A DNA stretch of 23,473 nucleotides from Aquificaceae bacterium (GTDB lineage: Bacteria; Aquificota; Aquificia; Aquificales; Aquificaceae), in the NCBI GenBank assembly GCA_039630345.1, contig JBCNVD010000032.1:1-23473 (forward strand), read 5' to 3'. The position numbers and the translations under genes are program-made. The notes below the pieces were generated by a model. The model made no database searches. It was not told where the DNA came from and saw only the letters and a program-made list of their open reading frames with translations. This document shows positions 12,281 to 21,635 of this stretch, in pieces (the first letter of the stretch is position 1; each line of letters begins with the position of its first letter).

Positions 12281-12289
12281 ATTATATCA
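12281..12289 (-). promoter_or_regulatory. Candidate extended -10 promoter (TGnTATAAT) for rpmJ-rpsMKD-rpoA-rplQ
   Basis: Minus strand reads TGATATAAT, using the infA stop codon as the TG, 21 nt before the rpmJ ATG. Confidence 0.55.
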
Positions 12290-12526
12290 TACTCTATAAA
12301 CTATCCTGCCCCTTGTTAAATCGTAAGGAGAGAGCTCTACCTTGACCCTGTCCCCTGGCAAAATCCTTATAAAGTGCACCCGCATCTTGCCAGATACATG
12401 AGCAAGGACCTCGTGTCCTGTGTCTAGTTTGACCCTGAAGGTAGCATTTGGCAATGGCTCAAGGACTTCTCCCTCTATTACTATGCCCTTTTCTTTGAAC
12501 TTATCTCCGTCTTTTTTCTTACCCAT
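12287..12526 (-). CDS. infA: Translation initiation factor IF-1
   Basis: [16 protein letters not shown] and [18 protein letters not shown]. Confidence 0.98.
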   Translation of the reverse strand: MGKKKDGDKFKEKGIVIEGEVLEPLPNATFRVKLDTGHEVLAHVSGKMRVHFIRILPGDRVKVELSPYDLTRGRIVYRV

Positions 12527-13309
12527 TTAAAACTCCGTAAGCACAACTGGACCAGACTTTGTTATAGCAACTACATACTCAAAATGTGCAGATGGGCTTT
12601 TATCAGCAGTAACTACCGCCCAGATATCTCCGTCGTGAGTTATGTCTTCAGATCCAAGCGACAACATTGGCTCAATAGCAAGCACCATCCCCTGCCTTAG
12701 CTTGTAGTCTTTGCCCTCCTCTTTAAGCGTTTGAACATGGTTAGGCACAAAAGGCTCTTCATGGACCTTTCTACCAATGCCATGACCCCCAAGGTTTTTC
12801 AGAGGGTAAACCCCATACTTTCTTGCCACCTTATCTATAGCATAAACTATATCCGACACCCAGTTTCCAGGTGTGCAAACCCTGACAGCTTCTTCAAGGG
12901 CTTCTTTTGTTGCATTTAGAAGTTTCTTTTTATCTTCACAAATCTCGCCTACGGCGATTGTAAGAGCAGAATCCCCCGCATAACCTTCAAATATTGCCCC
13001 AAAATCAAGGCTTACCAAATCCCCCTCCTTTACAAGAAGTTCTTTTTTGGGAACCCCGTGAACTACCACTTCGTTTATGGATACGCAAATACTTGCAGGA
13101 AATCTATCGTTGCTAAATGGAGGTTTATAGTTTAAAAAAGCTGGTTTAGCACCAAGTTTTTTGGTCTCTTCTCTTGCGATTTTATCAAGCTCTAATGCGC
13201 TTATTCCTGGCTTTAGCGCTTTGCTTACTGTTTTTAATACATTTGTTACCACATCGCAAGCGCGCTTTATTTTTTCTATTTCTTTAAAAGAATATAGCTC
13301 AACAGCCAT
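12527..13309 (-). CDS. map: Methionine aminopeptidase type I
   Basis: CVSINEVVVHGVP, D..GD, GHGIG..VHEEP, AIEPM and SAHFE. Confidence 0.96.
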   Translation of the reverse strand: MAVELYSFKEIEKIKRACDVVTNVLKTVSKALKPGISALELDKIAREETKKLGAKPAFLNYKPPFSNDRFPASICVSINEVVVHGVPKKELLVKEGDLVSLDFGAIFEGYAGDSALTIAVGEICEDKKKLLNATKEALEEAVRVCTPGNWVSDIVYAIDKVARKYGVYPLKNLGGHGIGRKVHEEPFVPNHVQTLKEEGKDYKLRQGMVLAIEPMLSLGSEDITHDGDIWAVVTADKSPSAHFEYVVAITKSGPVVLTEF

Positions 13310-13934
13310 TCAGAGCCCTCTTTAGTTCTGTGTGTAAACTATCAGCATCTTTTGAAGCGTCAAGAATAATTAGCTTCCCTCTATTTTTGTAAAATTCTAT
13401 GACAGGGAAGGTCTCTTCTTTATAAACTTGATATCGCTTTGTTGCAAGTTCTTGATTGTCGTCGGCTCTTTTATAGAGTTTGCCTCCACAAATATCGCAT
13501 ACTCCTTCTGATTTTGGGGGTTTGTATTCTTCGTGATATATTGCCCCGCAACTGCTACAGATTAATCTCCCGCTCATTCTCTTTATTACCTTTTCCATAG
13601 GTGCGTCAAAAAACACAGCCATATCTACGTTTTGATCTCGCTTTGATAAAATTTCTTCTAGCCCAATTGCCTGGTTGAGTGTCCTTGGAAAGCCGTCTAT
13701 TATCACCTTTTTAGGTCCTAAAGTTTCTTCTATAAGACTTAGCATAATATCATCTGGCACTAGCTCTCCATTCAGGACGAATTTTTTTGCCTTTTGACCT
13801 ATGGGGGTTTCCTGCTGTAAAGCTTTTCTGAGTATGTCTCCTGTGGATATATGCAAATAACCACAGTTTTTCTCAAGCAATTTTGCCTGAGTGCCCTTGC
13901 CCGAGCCAGGAGGTCCAAGAAAAAGGACTATCAC
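13299..13934 (-). CDS. adk: Adenylate kinase (Zn-binding LID)
   Basis: P-loop GPPGSGKGTQ, HISTGD, DGFPR and LID CSSC...CDIC. GTG start. Confidence 0.97.
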   Translation of the reverse strand: MIVLFLGPPGSGKGTQAKLLEKNCGYLHISTGDILRKALQQETPIGQKAKKFVLNGELVPDDIMLSLIEETLGPKKVIIDGFPRTLNQAIGLEEILSKRDQNVDMAVFFDAPMEKVIKRMSGRLICSSCGAIYHEEYKPPKSEGVCDICGGKLYKRADDNQELATKRYQVYKEETFPVIEFYKNRGKLIILDASKDADSLHTELKRALNGC

Positions 13935-15226
13935 CTTACTTTTCTCCTGTATTTGCTATAGCGTTGCTGAATAGCCTGAGCTTCCAGTTTATTTAAAGTA
14001 TCCAGAGCAACCCCTACCACTATAAGCGCTGTGGTGCCCCCGAAGAAGAAAGGTATGTTTAGCCAGAGACTAAAGTAAATAGGAACTACTGCAACGATGG
14101 ATAAAAATACTGCCCCAACAAAAGAGAGCCTTGAAAGAACTTGCTCAAGCCCCTTTTGCGTGTCGATTCCTGGTCTAACACCCGGTATAAAAGCCCCTGA
14201 CTTTTTAAGGTTGTCAGCAACATCAACCGGATTTATCAAAACAGCAGTATAAAAATACGTAAAAAACGCAATCAACAACACGAAGATGGCATTATATAGG
14301 ATGGTAGTTGGATTAAAAGCATCGTGTATAGCAGCAGCAATGGGATTTTTGAAAAATCCAAGAACAGTTGAGGGTATTATCAACATAGATTGAGCGAATA
14401 TTATCGGTATAACCCCGGCGGGATTTATCTTAATTGGTAAATAACTAGAAGATTGAACCACCTCCTGCCTTCCTACGAGTCTTCTTGGATACTGTATCGG
14501 GATTCTCCTTTCAGCTTCATGAAAGAAAACTACCCCTAAGACCACCAGTATAACAAAAATAACAGTTCCAGCGACTGCAAAAGGCGATATATCGCCGTTT
14601 TTGAGCATTTCATAAATTCTCACGCCTGCGCTTGGAAAACCTGCGACTATACCTGCAAATATAAGCATCGACATACCATTTCCAATCCCACGCTCTGTTA
14701 TTCTGTCGCCTACCCACATCAAAAACATAGCAGAGGAAACCAAAGCCACAGTGCCTGTAAAGACAAACAAAAACCCTCCATGTGATACCAGAGGGGTGCC
14801 CTTTGGGGATACCTGTCCCTGAAGCCAGAGCGTGATACTAAGAGCCTGAACAAGCGATACAAAAAGGGTTAGATATTTCGTATATTCATTGATTTTATAC
14901 CTCCCATAATCACCCTCTTCTTTATAGAGTTTTTGCAAACTCGGTATTGCAACAGTTAGTAGCTGCATCATAATTGAAGCGGATATATAGGGCATTATCC
15001 CAAGGGCAAAGAGCGTCATTTTGCTTAAATTCCCGCCAGAAAAGAGGTCATAAAGGTAAAAGACTGTCCCCTGGAAACTTTGGAAAAACTCGCTAAGCGC
15101 AGTTGCATCCACCCCCGGAAGCGGTATGTGGCTCCCAAGTCTGTAAATGCCAAACATAAAGAGTGTATAAATAGCCCTTTTTCTAAAGTCCTTGGACTCT
15201 AATAGCTGTTTTAGATGCTCAAGCAT
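13931..15226 (-). CDS. secY: Preprotein translocase SecY
   Basis: LGIMPYISASI, GIGNG.S, AGVIPIIFA, FIPGVRPG and GGT..LIVVGV, with multiple TM helices. Confidence 0.98.
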   Translation of the reverse strand: MLEHLKQLLESKDFRKRAIYTLFMFGIYRLGSHIPLPGVDATALSEFFQSFQGTVFYLYDLFSGGNLSKMTLFALGIMPYISASIMMQLLTVAIPSLQKLYKEEGDYGRYKINEYTKYLTLFVSLVQALSITLWLQGQVSPKGTPLVSHGGFLFVFTGTVALVSSAMFLMWVGDRITERGIGNGMSMLIFAGIVAGFPSAGVRIYEMLKNGDISPFAVAGTVIFVILVVLGVVFFHEAERRIPIQYPRRLVGRQEVVQSSSYLPIKINPAGVIPIIFAQSMLIIPSTVLGFFKNPIAAAIHDAFNPTTILYNAIFVLLIAFFTYFYTAVLINPVDVADNLKKSGAFIPGVRPGIDTQKGLEQVLSRLSFVGAVFLSIVAVVPIYFSLWLNIPFFFGGTTALIVVGVALDTLNKLEAQAIQQRYSKYRRKVR

Positions 15227-15665
15227 TTATTATTTCCGCAACGCCGCCTGCGGCGGTTATTTTTTCCTCTGCAGTTTTTGAAAAAGCGTGGGCTTTTACT
15301 TTCAGGGGCTTGTTAATCTCGCCGAAGGCGAGGATTTTTAATTTTCTACCCTTTTTGATAAGCCCTTTTTGGAGCAAAGCCTCGGGGGTTATATCTTGCC
15401 CTGGTTCGAAGAGTTTTTCCAGAGTTTTTAAGTTTATGATGCTGTATTTTTCCTTAAATCTTGGGCGAAAGCCCCGCTTTGGGACCCTTTTATGCAATGG
15501 GGTTTGGCCTCCTTCAAACCAGGAGGGAAGTTTTCTATCCCCGGAGCGGGTCTTTTGACCTTTGTGCCCCTTGCCACAGGTTTTCCCAAGCCCTGAGCCT
15601 ATGCCTCTGCCTACCCTTACTCTCTTTCTTCTAGAGCCCTCTTTTGGGAAGAGCTGTTCAAGCAT
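15219..15665 (-). CDS. rplO: 50S ribosomal protein L15
   Basis: RVGRGIGSGLGKT.G.GHKGQ and FEGGQTPL..R.PKRGF. Confidence 0.97.
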   Translation of the reverse strand: MLEQLFPKEGSRRKRVRVGRGIGSGLGKTCGKGHKGQKTRSGDRKLPSWFEGGQTPLHKRVPKRGFRPRFKEKYSIINLKTLEKLFEPGQDITPEALLQKGLIKKGRKLKILAFGEINKPLKVKAHAFSKTAEEKITAAGGVAEIINA

Positions 15666-15843
15666 CTTTTAGCTCCTCTATCTTTAATAGATGTTTAACT
15701 TTCACCAAATTACCATAAACAAGCGGGGTATTCTCAAGTATTTTACTCTGACCTCTTTTTTTAAGTCCAAGGCTCTTTAGTGCAGCGACCTGCTCGTCGT
15801 TTTTGCCCGCAAGACCTTTAATAAGAGTTAATTTAAGCCTCAT
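15658..15843 (-). CDS. rpmD: 50S ribosomal protein L30
   Basis: 61 aa with LKSLGL and KVKHLL. Canonical position between rpsE and rplO. Confidence 0.93.
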   Translation of the reverse strand: MRLKLTLIKGLAGKNDEQVAALKSLGLKKRGQSKILENTPLVYGNLVKVKHLLKIEELKDA

Positions 15844-15855
15844 GTTCTTACCTTT

Positions 15856-16443
15856 TTAAGGTATTTGAATGTTTCTTGCATAAAGATTGTATCTAGCGCG
15901 CAGCTCTTGAGGGTCAAGAGAGCGCTCTTTTGCAACCTGAGAGAGAGAGCGAAGTTTTAAAAGCGCGTCAAAAACTGCCCTTACGACGTTATTTGGGTTT
16001 GTGCTACCTTGAAGTTTGGTAAGGACATCGGTATACCCGGCCAGCTCAAATATGGGCTTTGCCGCTCCTCCTGCGACTATACCGGTTCCTCTCCTTGCAG
16101 GCATAACCTTGACAGCTGTTGGACCAAACCTTCCCACTACATCATGGGGAACAGTGCCGTTTTCTATGGGTACTTTGATCAGTTTCTTTTTGCCATCTTC
16201 TATGGCTTTTGCTATTGCTATGGGGACTTCTCTTGCTTTTCCTAGTCCTACGCTTACAAAGCCTCTCTTGTCTCCTACTATCACAAGAGCACTGAAAGAG
16301 AAGCGCTTACCGCCCTTGGTTACCCTGGTTGTGCGCCTTGCATAAATGAGTCTTTCTTCTATTTGCAGCTGTTCGTCGAGCTCATTTATGCCCTGCATTT
16401 GCCTTTTTTGAGTTATTAGCTTCTCCAAAGATACTCCGCCCAT
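15856..16443 (-). CDS. rpsE: 30S ribosomal protein S5
   Basis: VTKGGKRFSFSALVIVGD, GKAREV, GTGIVAGG and GSTNPNNVVRA. Confidence 0.97.
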   Translation of the reverse strand: MGGVSLEKLITQKRQMQGINELDEQLQIEERLIYARRTTRVTKGGKRFSFSALVIVGDKRGFVSVGLGKAREVPIAIAKAIEDGKKKLIKVPIENGTVPHDVVGRFGPTAVKVMPARRGTGIVAGGAAKPIFELAGYTDVLTKLQGSTNPNNVVRAVFDALLKLRSLSQVAKERSLDPQELRARYNLYARNIQIP

Positions 16444-16453
16444 CTAAAGCCTC

Positions 16454-16825
16454 CTAAAACTCAAGTCCCAGCTCTCTGCAAGCCTCTGCAAAGGCCTTTA
16501 TCCGCCCGTGATATAAAAACCCGCCTCTATCAAAAACAACCTTTGAAAGTCCTATCCCCTTTGCCCTCTCTACCAGAAGTTTTGCAAGGACTTTTACATC
16601 CTCTATGGACTTTCCGCCTCTTTTGCCGGCTAGCTTAGAAAAATCTTTATCTATGGTTGATGCAGAGGTAAGAACTTTGCCACTCTCGTCGTCTATTATC
16701 TGAGCGTAGAAATTGTGCGCGCTTCTATAGATGCAAAGTCTGGGTCTTTGCATAGAGCCAGATATTTTTTTCCTTATTCTTAAGTGCCTTCTCTCTCTCT
16801 TTTGGTGTCTGTTTAACTTAGCCAT
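16454..16825 (-). CDS. rplR: 50S ribosomal protein L18
   Basis: RPRL..YRS, YAQIIDD and [14 protein letters not shown]. Confidence 0.97.
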   Translation of the reverse strand: MAKLNRHQKRERRHLRIRKKISGSMQRPRLCIYRSAHNFYAQIIDDESGKVLTSASTIDKDFSKLAGKRGGKSIEDVKVLAKLLVERAKGIGLSKVVFDRGGFLYHGRIKAFAEACRELGLEF

Positions 16826-16833
16826 TTTTTACC

Positions 16834-17397
16834 TCACTTTTTGCCTTTTCCGCCCTTTCCTCCCTTGCCCGCTGACTTACCGGGTTTTAATTTTAGCTGT
16901 TCGTTTTCGTATCTTATGCCCTTGCCTTTATAAGCGTCTGGCTTTTTAAAACCTCTTATAATGGCACAAACCTGCCCTACTCTTTCTTTGTCTATACCGC
17001 TTATGGTTATTTTGTTTTCTTTCACCTCAACTTTTACATCCTTTGGCACTTCAAAAACCACGGGATGTGAATATCCCAGGCTAAGCTCTAGATTTTGCCC
17101 CTTTAAAGCAACTTTATAACCAAGACCAACAACCTCAAGGGTCTGGGAAAAACCTTCAGATACACCCTTTAGCGTGTTTTTAACCAGTGCAGCCATGGTG
17201 CCATGTATCGCTCTATGAAAAGGGGTGTCAGAGGGTCTTTTTAGCTCTATTTGCCCATCCAAGACATTCAAAGTAATATCTTTGTGAATCTCTAACTCTA
17301 GCTTGCCCTTTGGTCCTTCGGCCAGGAGTTTTTGACCGCTTAAACTTAACTTAACCCCTTTTGGAATAGGTATTGGTTTTTTCGCAAGTCTTGACAT
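16834..17397 (-). CDS. rplF: 50S ribosomal protein L6
   Basis: MSR..K.PI, GPKG, LGYSHP and [10 protein letters not shown]. Confidence 0.97.
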   Translation of the reverse strand: MSRLAKKPIPIPKGVKLSLSGQKLLAEGPKGKLELEIHKDITLNVLDGQIELKRPSDTPFHRAIHGTMAALVKNTLKGVSEGFSQTLEVVGLGYKVALKGQNLELSLGYSHPVVFEVPKDVKVEVKENKITISGIDKERVGQVCAIIRGFKKPDAYKGKGIRYENEQLKLKPGKSAGKGGKGGKGKK

Positions 17398-17400
17398 AGC

Positions 17401-17802
17401 CTACCTCACAAAAGCTATTATCTCACCGCCTTTTCCCAGCTTTCTTGCCTCGTGGTCTGTCACAATGCCTGAGTCAGTTGAAATTATAGCTATGCCGAAG
17501 CCTTTCTCTACATAAGGTAGCTGATGCTTTGGTTTGTAAACCCTTCTTCCCGGCTTTGAGACTCTTTGAATATCCTCAATTGCACTTCTTTCGCGTTTTG
17601 AATCCAAATATTTAAAACTAATCCTTACAAAAGGCTGGGTTCCGACTTTTCGCTCCAGCCTCTCATAATTTGCTATAAAGCCTTCTCTTTTTAAAACCTC
17701 TAAAATAGCTTCTTTTACCTTAGAAGATGGGATTTCGATGCTCTCTTTTCTTCTCTGGATTCCGTTTTTGATGGCGCTAAACATATCTGCAATCGGGTCC
17801 AT
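17401..17802 (-). CDS. rpsH: 30S ribosomal protein S8
   Basis: MDPIADM, RVSKPGRRVY, GIAIIST and GGE. Confidence 0.97.
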   Translation of the reverse strand: MDPIADMFSAIKNGIQRRKESIEIPSSKVKEAILEVLKREGFIANYERLERKVGTQPFVRISFKYLDSKRERSAIEDIQRVSKPGRRVYKPKHQLPYVEKGFGIAIISTDSGIVTDHEARKLGKGGEIIAFVR

Positions 17803-17814
17803 ATCCTTTCTCCT

Positions 17815-18003
17815 CTACCAGCTTGATTTTCTAACTCCTGGAATTTCGCCTCTTAAGGCGAGGTCTCTAAAACATAACCTGCACATTCCAAAATGTCTTA
17901 AATATCCCCTCGGTCTTCCGCATATAGGACAGCGGTTTTTGTGTCTTACAGCAAACTTTGGAAAGTGCTTTAAATCCTTCTCGACCTTAGCTTTCCTAGG
18001 CAT
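17815..18003 (-). CDS. rpsN: 30S ribosomal protein S14, type Z (Zn-binding)
   Basis: 62 aa with RCPICGR...CRLCFR...[11 protein letters not shown]. Confidence 0.96.
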   Translation of the reverse strand: MPRKAKVEKDLKHFPKFAVRHKNRCPICGRPRGYLRHFGMCRLCFRDLALRGEIPGVRKSSW

Positions 18004-18015
18004 TTGATTCCTCCA

Positions 18016-18579
18016 TCATGCGCTACGAATAGGAAGCCCGAGCAAAACAAGGAGCCAGAAGGCTTCCTCATCTGTTTTGGCACTTGTGTTTATGATAATG
18101 TCCATTCCGCGCACCGCGTCTACTTTTTCGTAGTCAATCTCTGGAAAGACTATCTGCTCTGCTATACCAAAGGCATAATTGCCTCTCCCGTCAAAAGAGC
18201 GCGGATTTAAGCCCTTAAAGTCCTTTACCCTTGGCAAGGCAACGGATATTAACTTATCCAGAAAGTTCCACATTCTATCTTTCCTCAGAGTCACCTTTAG
18301 CCCAACTGGCATACCTCTTCTTAACTTAAAGCCAGCTTCTGACTTTTTCGCTCTTCTGATTGATGGATGCTGTCCAGTTATGGCTTTTATATCCTCAAGA
18401 GCTCTATCTATTTGCTTTATGTCTCCAACTGCCTCGCCAACGCCCATATTCACCACAATTTTTAAAATTTTTGGCACCTGCATTGGATTTTTGTATCCAA
18501 AGCGGTTTACAAGCTGTGGAACTACCTCTTTTTTGTATTTTTCATAAAGCCTTGAGGTTTGCTTCTCCGCTACACTCAT
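18016..18579 (-). CDS. rplE: 50S ribosomal protein L5
   Basis: [28 protein letters not shown] and IVFPEI. Confidence 0.98.
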   Translation of the reverse strand: MSVAEKQTSRLYEKYKKEVVPQLVNRFGYKNPMQVPKILKIVVNMGVGEAVGDIKQIDRALEDIKAITGQHPSIRRAKKSEAGFKLRRGMPVGLKVTLRKDRMWNFLDKLISVALPRVKDFKGLNPRSFDGRGNYAFGIAEQIVFPEIDYEKVDAVRGMDIIINTSAKTDEEAFWLLVLLGLPIRSA

Positions 18580-18920
18580 TTTAGCCTCTTTACTTTATCT
18601 ATGATCTCATTACATTTTTTGCAAAATCTGACTTTTACTTTCTCTCCGCCTTCTTCTACTATCTTAAAGCCCACCCTTGTTGGCTTTTTACACTCAGGAC
18701 AAACAAGCATAACATTGCTTATATGAACAGGCGCTTCTATTTCGTAAACACCGCCCTCGCGAACATTCGGTATTGCCTTTAGGTGCTTTTTCACCAAATT
18801 AGTGTCTTTTAGTAAAACCCTGTTCTCTTTACGCAAGACTTTTAAAACCGTTGCGGTCTTTCCCTTTTCTTTTCCCCTCATTACCATGACTGTGTCCCCG
18901 CGCACTATCTTGCTTGCCAT
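18576..18920 (-). CDS. rplX: 50S ribosomal protein L24
   Basis: KOW motif GDTV.V.RGK.KGK and EAPVHISNV, plus a CxxC...CxxC C-terminus. Confidence 0.96.
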   Translation of the reverse strand: MASKIVRGDTVMVMRGKEKGKTATVLKVLRKENRVLLKDTNLVKKHLKAIPNVREGGVYEIEAPVHISNVMLVCPECKKPTRVGFKIVEEGGEKVKVRFCKKCNEIIDKVKRLK

Positions 18921-19285
18921 TAGACCACCTCCGGTGCAAGCGAAGCGAGCTTTGTAAAGCCTCTGTTTCTGACCTCTCTGGCAATCGGACCAAGTATCCT
19001 GGTCCCAAGAGGCTCTCCATATTGATTTAGCAAAACGACCGCATTGTCGTCAAATCTTATGTAGCTCCCATCAGACCTTGGGACTTCCTTCTTCGTCCTT
19101 ACAACGACAGCGCGATAGACCTTCCCCTTCTTGGCAGGGCTATTTGGGGTCGCTATCTTTACGCTAACAACCACCACATCCCCAACTGTAGCATACTGCC
19201 TTGGCGCATAAGGAATCCCAACTATCTGAACGCGCCTTGCGCCCGAATTATCAGCCACATTCGCATAAGCCTGCCTGGGAATCAT
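18920..19285 (-). CDS. rplN: 50S ribosomal protein L14
   Basis: [28 protein letters not shown] and SLAPEV. Confidence 0.98.
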   Translation of the reverse strand: MIPRQAYANVADNSGARRVQIVGIPYAPRQYATVGDVVVVSVKIATPNSPAKKGKVYRAVVVRTKKEVPRSDGSYIRFDDNAVVLLNQYGEPLGTRILGPIAREVRNRGFTKLASLAPEVV

Positions 19286-19310
19286 CTCAAAAACCCTCGC
19301 AAAGCCCTAT

Positions 19311-19339
19311 ATTTTAAATTTTTTATTTTTATTTGTCAA
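19311..19339 (-). promoter_or_regulatory. sigma70-type promoter for the rplN (spc) operon: TTGACA-N17-TAAAAT
   Basis: Minus-strand -35 TTGACA at 19334-19339 (overlapping the trmD stop), a 17-nt AT-only spacer, and -10 TAAAAT at 19311-19316. Confidence 0.8.
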
Positions 19340-20106
19340 GAATCCGCGCTTCGCGCGTTTAAGAATCTCCTCCCCTCAACTTCAAACCAGCTTTCAAACT
19401 CCTCTCCCCTCTTTAAAGCCTCTATTATAGAGCTCTCAAGGGCAGATAGTTTTTCAGGCACATCCTGAGGTCTATATTTGAGAGTTCTGTCAATCCTTTG
19501 CCACAGTATCCAGAGCTTTATCAGCCCGTGGTTTCCCGAGAGCAAAACCTCTGGCACTTTCATGGATTCAAAAATCGCCGGGCGGGTGTAAATAGGCGCA
19601 CCAACCCATCTGTTAAAAGAGTCTTCTTCCAGACTTCTATATTCGGATAAAACATCTGGCAACAGTCTTGCAACCCCTTCTATAATCGTCATTGCAAATA
19701 TTTCTCCCCCGGAAAGCACAAAATTACCCAAAGAGAGTTCTTGAGTTGCTATTTTTCGCACCCTCTCATCAAGGCCCTGATACCTTCCGCAAATAATTGC
19801 TAAGTTTTGCATTTTACTAAAACTTATCAGGTCTTTTTGCTCCAGATGTCTTGCCCATGGCTGTGGCAATATAATATGGGTGTTTTCAGGCAAGGATCTT
19901 ACTGCCTTAAAAACCACATCCGGCTTAATCACCATACCGGGAAGACCCCCAAATGGTTTGTCATCAACCTGAGATTTTTCATCAAACTTTCTTAAATCTA
20001 CAGGAAAGACCTCAAGAGCTTTTATTTTTATAGCCTTTTGCACCATTCCATAGGCGCAAAAGTCGCTTATCATCTTTGGAAAAATGGTTAAAACAAATAT
20101 CTTCAC
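19336..20106 (-). CDS. trmD: tRNA (guanine37-N1)-methyltransferase TrmD
   Basis: LTIFP, VDDKPFGG.PGMV, ICGRY.G.DERV, SLG.FVLSGGE, YTRP and VPEVLLSGNH. GTG start overlaps the recombinase TGA. Confidence 0.96.
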   Translation of the reverse strand: MKIFVLTIFPKMISDFCAYGMVQKAIKIKALEVFPVDLRKFDEKSQVDDKPFGGLPGMVIKPDVVFKAVRSLPENTHIILPQPWARHLEQKDLISFSKMQNLAIICGRYQGLDERVRKIATQELSLGNFVLSGGEIFAMTIIEGVARLLPDVLSEYRSLEEDSFNRWVGAPIYTRPAIFESMKVPEVLLSGNHGLIKLWILWQRIDRTLKYRPQDVPEKLSALESSIIEALKRGEEFESWFEVEGRRFLNARSADS

Positions 20107-20957
20107 GAGAGAAAGCTCTCTACTATTGCGCGAACTCTTTCTTCACTGTATCTGTAGTAAACATCTATGGTCGTTCTTATGTTGCTATGACCTGCGAGCT
20201 CTTTAACAACCTCTGCGGGAAACCCCATGTTTATTAAGTTTGTTATGTAAGTGTGTCTAAAACTATGAACAGAAAAGCCAAGCCCGAGCCTTCTTGAGAG
20301 TCTGTTTGTAAAAACCTGCAAAGAGCCCGGATTTACGCTCAGGTTTTCTTCGAAGTTTTCAAGCCAGATATCAAGATGCTCATAAAGCCTATAAGTTTGC
20401 TCTTTGTCAGAGAGTATTATAGGAACGGTTCTCTCTTTTTTTCTTTTGGTTGCTTCAGCGCTTAAATGTAGCCAGTAAGTCCCTCCTTGTTTTTTAAAGC
20501 TATTTTTACTCAAGCTTGCATATTCAGAAAGTCTAATGCCGGAACTTAGAAGGATTTTATAAACCTTTTCGTATCTTGTGTTTACAACCGCTTTTAAAAT
20601 AGCGGTTATTTCCTGCTGTGTTAATGCCTTTGGCTTCCTGAGAGGTCTACTTGGCAAAAGCTCTTCTCTGACCTCCTCTATGGCATCCTGAAGTTCAAAG
20701 AACTTCTCCTTCGGAAAGAGACCTCTTCTTTGCAAAAATGTATAAAAGTGCTTTATGGCGGATAGATGCGTAAGCATCGAGGAGACCCCGACCGAAGACC
20801 TGTCAACATAGAGAAAAATATCCGCGGATGTTATATCAAGAGGCGCTTTGCCGGTATCTTTAAGAAAGTGAGTGATGACATTGTGGTAAGTTAGCGTGGT
20901 TCTTTGGCTCTTGCTCTTTGAAAGAGAGCGAAGCCACAGCTCAACTTCAAGCTCCAT
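20103..20957 (-). CDS. Xer-type tyrosine recombinase, catalytically intact
   Basis: N-terminal core-binding domain (SQRT..TY...S.IKHFY.FL). Catalytic R (SGIRLSE), K (TKRKKER), HxxR (HSFRH), H (LAGH) and Y (TTIDVY). 284 aa with no arm-binding domain. Confidence 0.92.
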   Translation of the reverse strand: MELEVELWLRSLSKSKSQRTTLTYHNVITHFLKDTGKAPLDITSADIFLYVDRSSVGVSSMLTHLSAIKHFYTFLQRRGLFPKEKFFELQDAIEEVREELLPSRPLRKPKALTQQEITAILKAVVNTRYEKVYKILLSSGIRLSEYASLSKNSFKKQGGTYWLHLSAEATKRKKERTVPIILSDKEQTYRLYEHLDIWLENFEENLSVNPGSLQVFTNRLSRRLGLGFSVHSFRHTYITNLINMGFPAEVVKELAGHSNIRTTIDVYYRYSEERVRAIVESFLS

Positions 20958-20966
20958 AGTTTTAAT

Positions 20967-21578
20967 TTAAGTGCTTTCCCCTTGCTTAAGTTTTGCTATT
21001 TCAAGTTCCTTTGCCAAAATAACCTGCTCTTTCTCAAGTAGCTTTTTCTGGCATTCTATCTCAGCCCTCTCAAGGGCTTGCTCGAGTTTTTTTATCTTCT
21101 CACTTAGAGAGCTTGTTTGCTCGGCAAATTGTTTGCTCTCCTCTTTGCTCTTTTCGAGTTCTTTTTCAAGACTTAAATAATCCTGTTTTATCTTCTCTAG
21201 CTCTTTTTTCAAAATCAAAATCTCACTCTCTTTTAGAGCAAGCAAAGTCTGAAGACTTGAGAGCTCATAAAGTAGCTTCTCTTTTTGCTCCTGGGATTGC
21301 ATAAGAGCACTGATGTATGTGGCAATTAGCTTGCCCTCTAAACTGCTCCTGAGCTCTTCGATGTTTTTTTCAATCGATTGTCTGGATTGTTTGAGATTTT
21401 CTTCCATAGAGCAAAGATGCTCCCACTCGTCCTGAGATAGATATACATACCATATCCCGTCTGACTCCTTTGCCCCTTTTAATGTCCCTGCCCTTATTCG
21501 GTTTTTGACAGTGTTTAAAGACACCTGAGCCCTTAGCGCGTATTCTGTAGCCCTGACTTTTATTGTGTCATTAGTCAT
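20967..21578 (-). CDS. Hypothetical DNA-binding protein: excisionase/MerR-like winged HTH plus long coiled coil
   Basis: N-terminus ATEYA....VS.NTV.NRIR.G.LKG.K..G.WYV fits Xis/HTH_17-like domains. The rest is E/K/L/Q-rich and heptad-like. AGGAGG SD at 21589-21594. Confidence 0.75.
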   Translation of the reverse strand: MTNDTIKVRATEYALRAQVSLNTVKNRIRAGTLKGAKESDGIWYVYLSQDEWEHLCSMEENLKQSRQSIEKNIEELRSSLEGKLIATYISALMQSQEQKEKLLYELSSLQTLLALKESEILILKKELEKIKQDYLSLEKELEKSKEESKQFAEQTSSLSEKIKKLEQALERAEIECQKKLLEKEQVILAKELEIAKLKQGEST

Positions 21579-21606
21579 AACTGCCTTTCCTCCTGCTTTT
21601 GACGAT

Positions 21607-21635
21607 ATTTTACTCTATGACTTGACTTGTGTCAA
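21607..21635 (-). promoter_or_regulatory. sigma70-type promoter TTGACA-N17-TAAAAT for the HTH-xer-trmD unit, with overlapping palindrome TTGAC-N4-GTCAA
   Basis: -35 at 21630-21635 and -10 at 21607-21612 on the minus strand, 17-nt spacing. Palindrome at 21622-21635. Confidence 0.75.

Noticed and set aside
15244..15265. Terminator-like hairpin CCGCC-TGC-GGCGG plus T-tract on the plus strand
   Set aside because: It is antisense within rplO and explained by the conserved KITAAGG coding sequence.
19345..19357. GC hairpin CGCGC-GAA-GCGCG at the trmD 3' end as a terminator
   Set aside because: The stem is 5 bp, lies inside the CDS and has no proper U-tract on the sense strand.
20103..21578. Prophage integrase-excisionase pair
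   Set aside because: The recombinase is short and lacks an arm-binding domain, it is coupled to trmD, and there are no phage genes or adjacent tRNA. Not fully excluded without a phylogeny.
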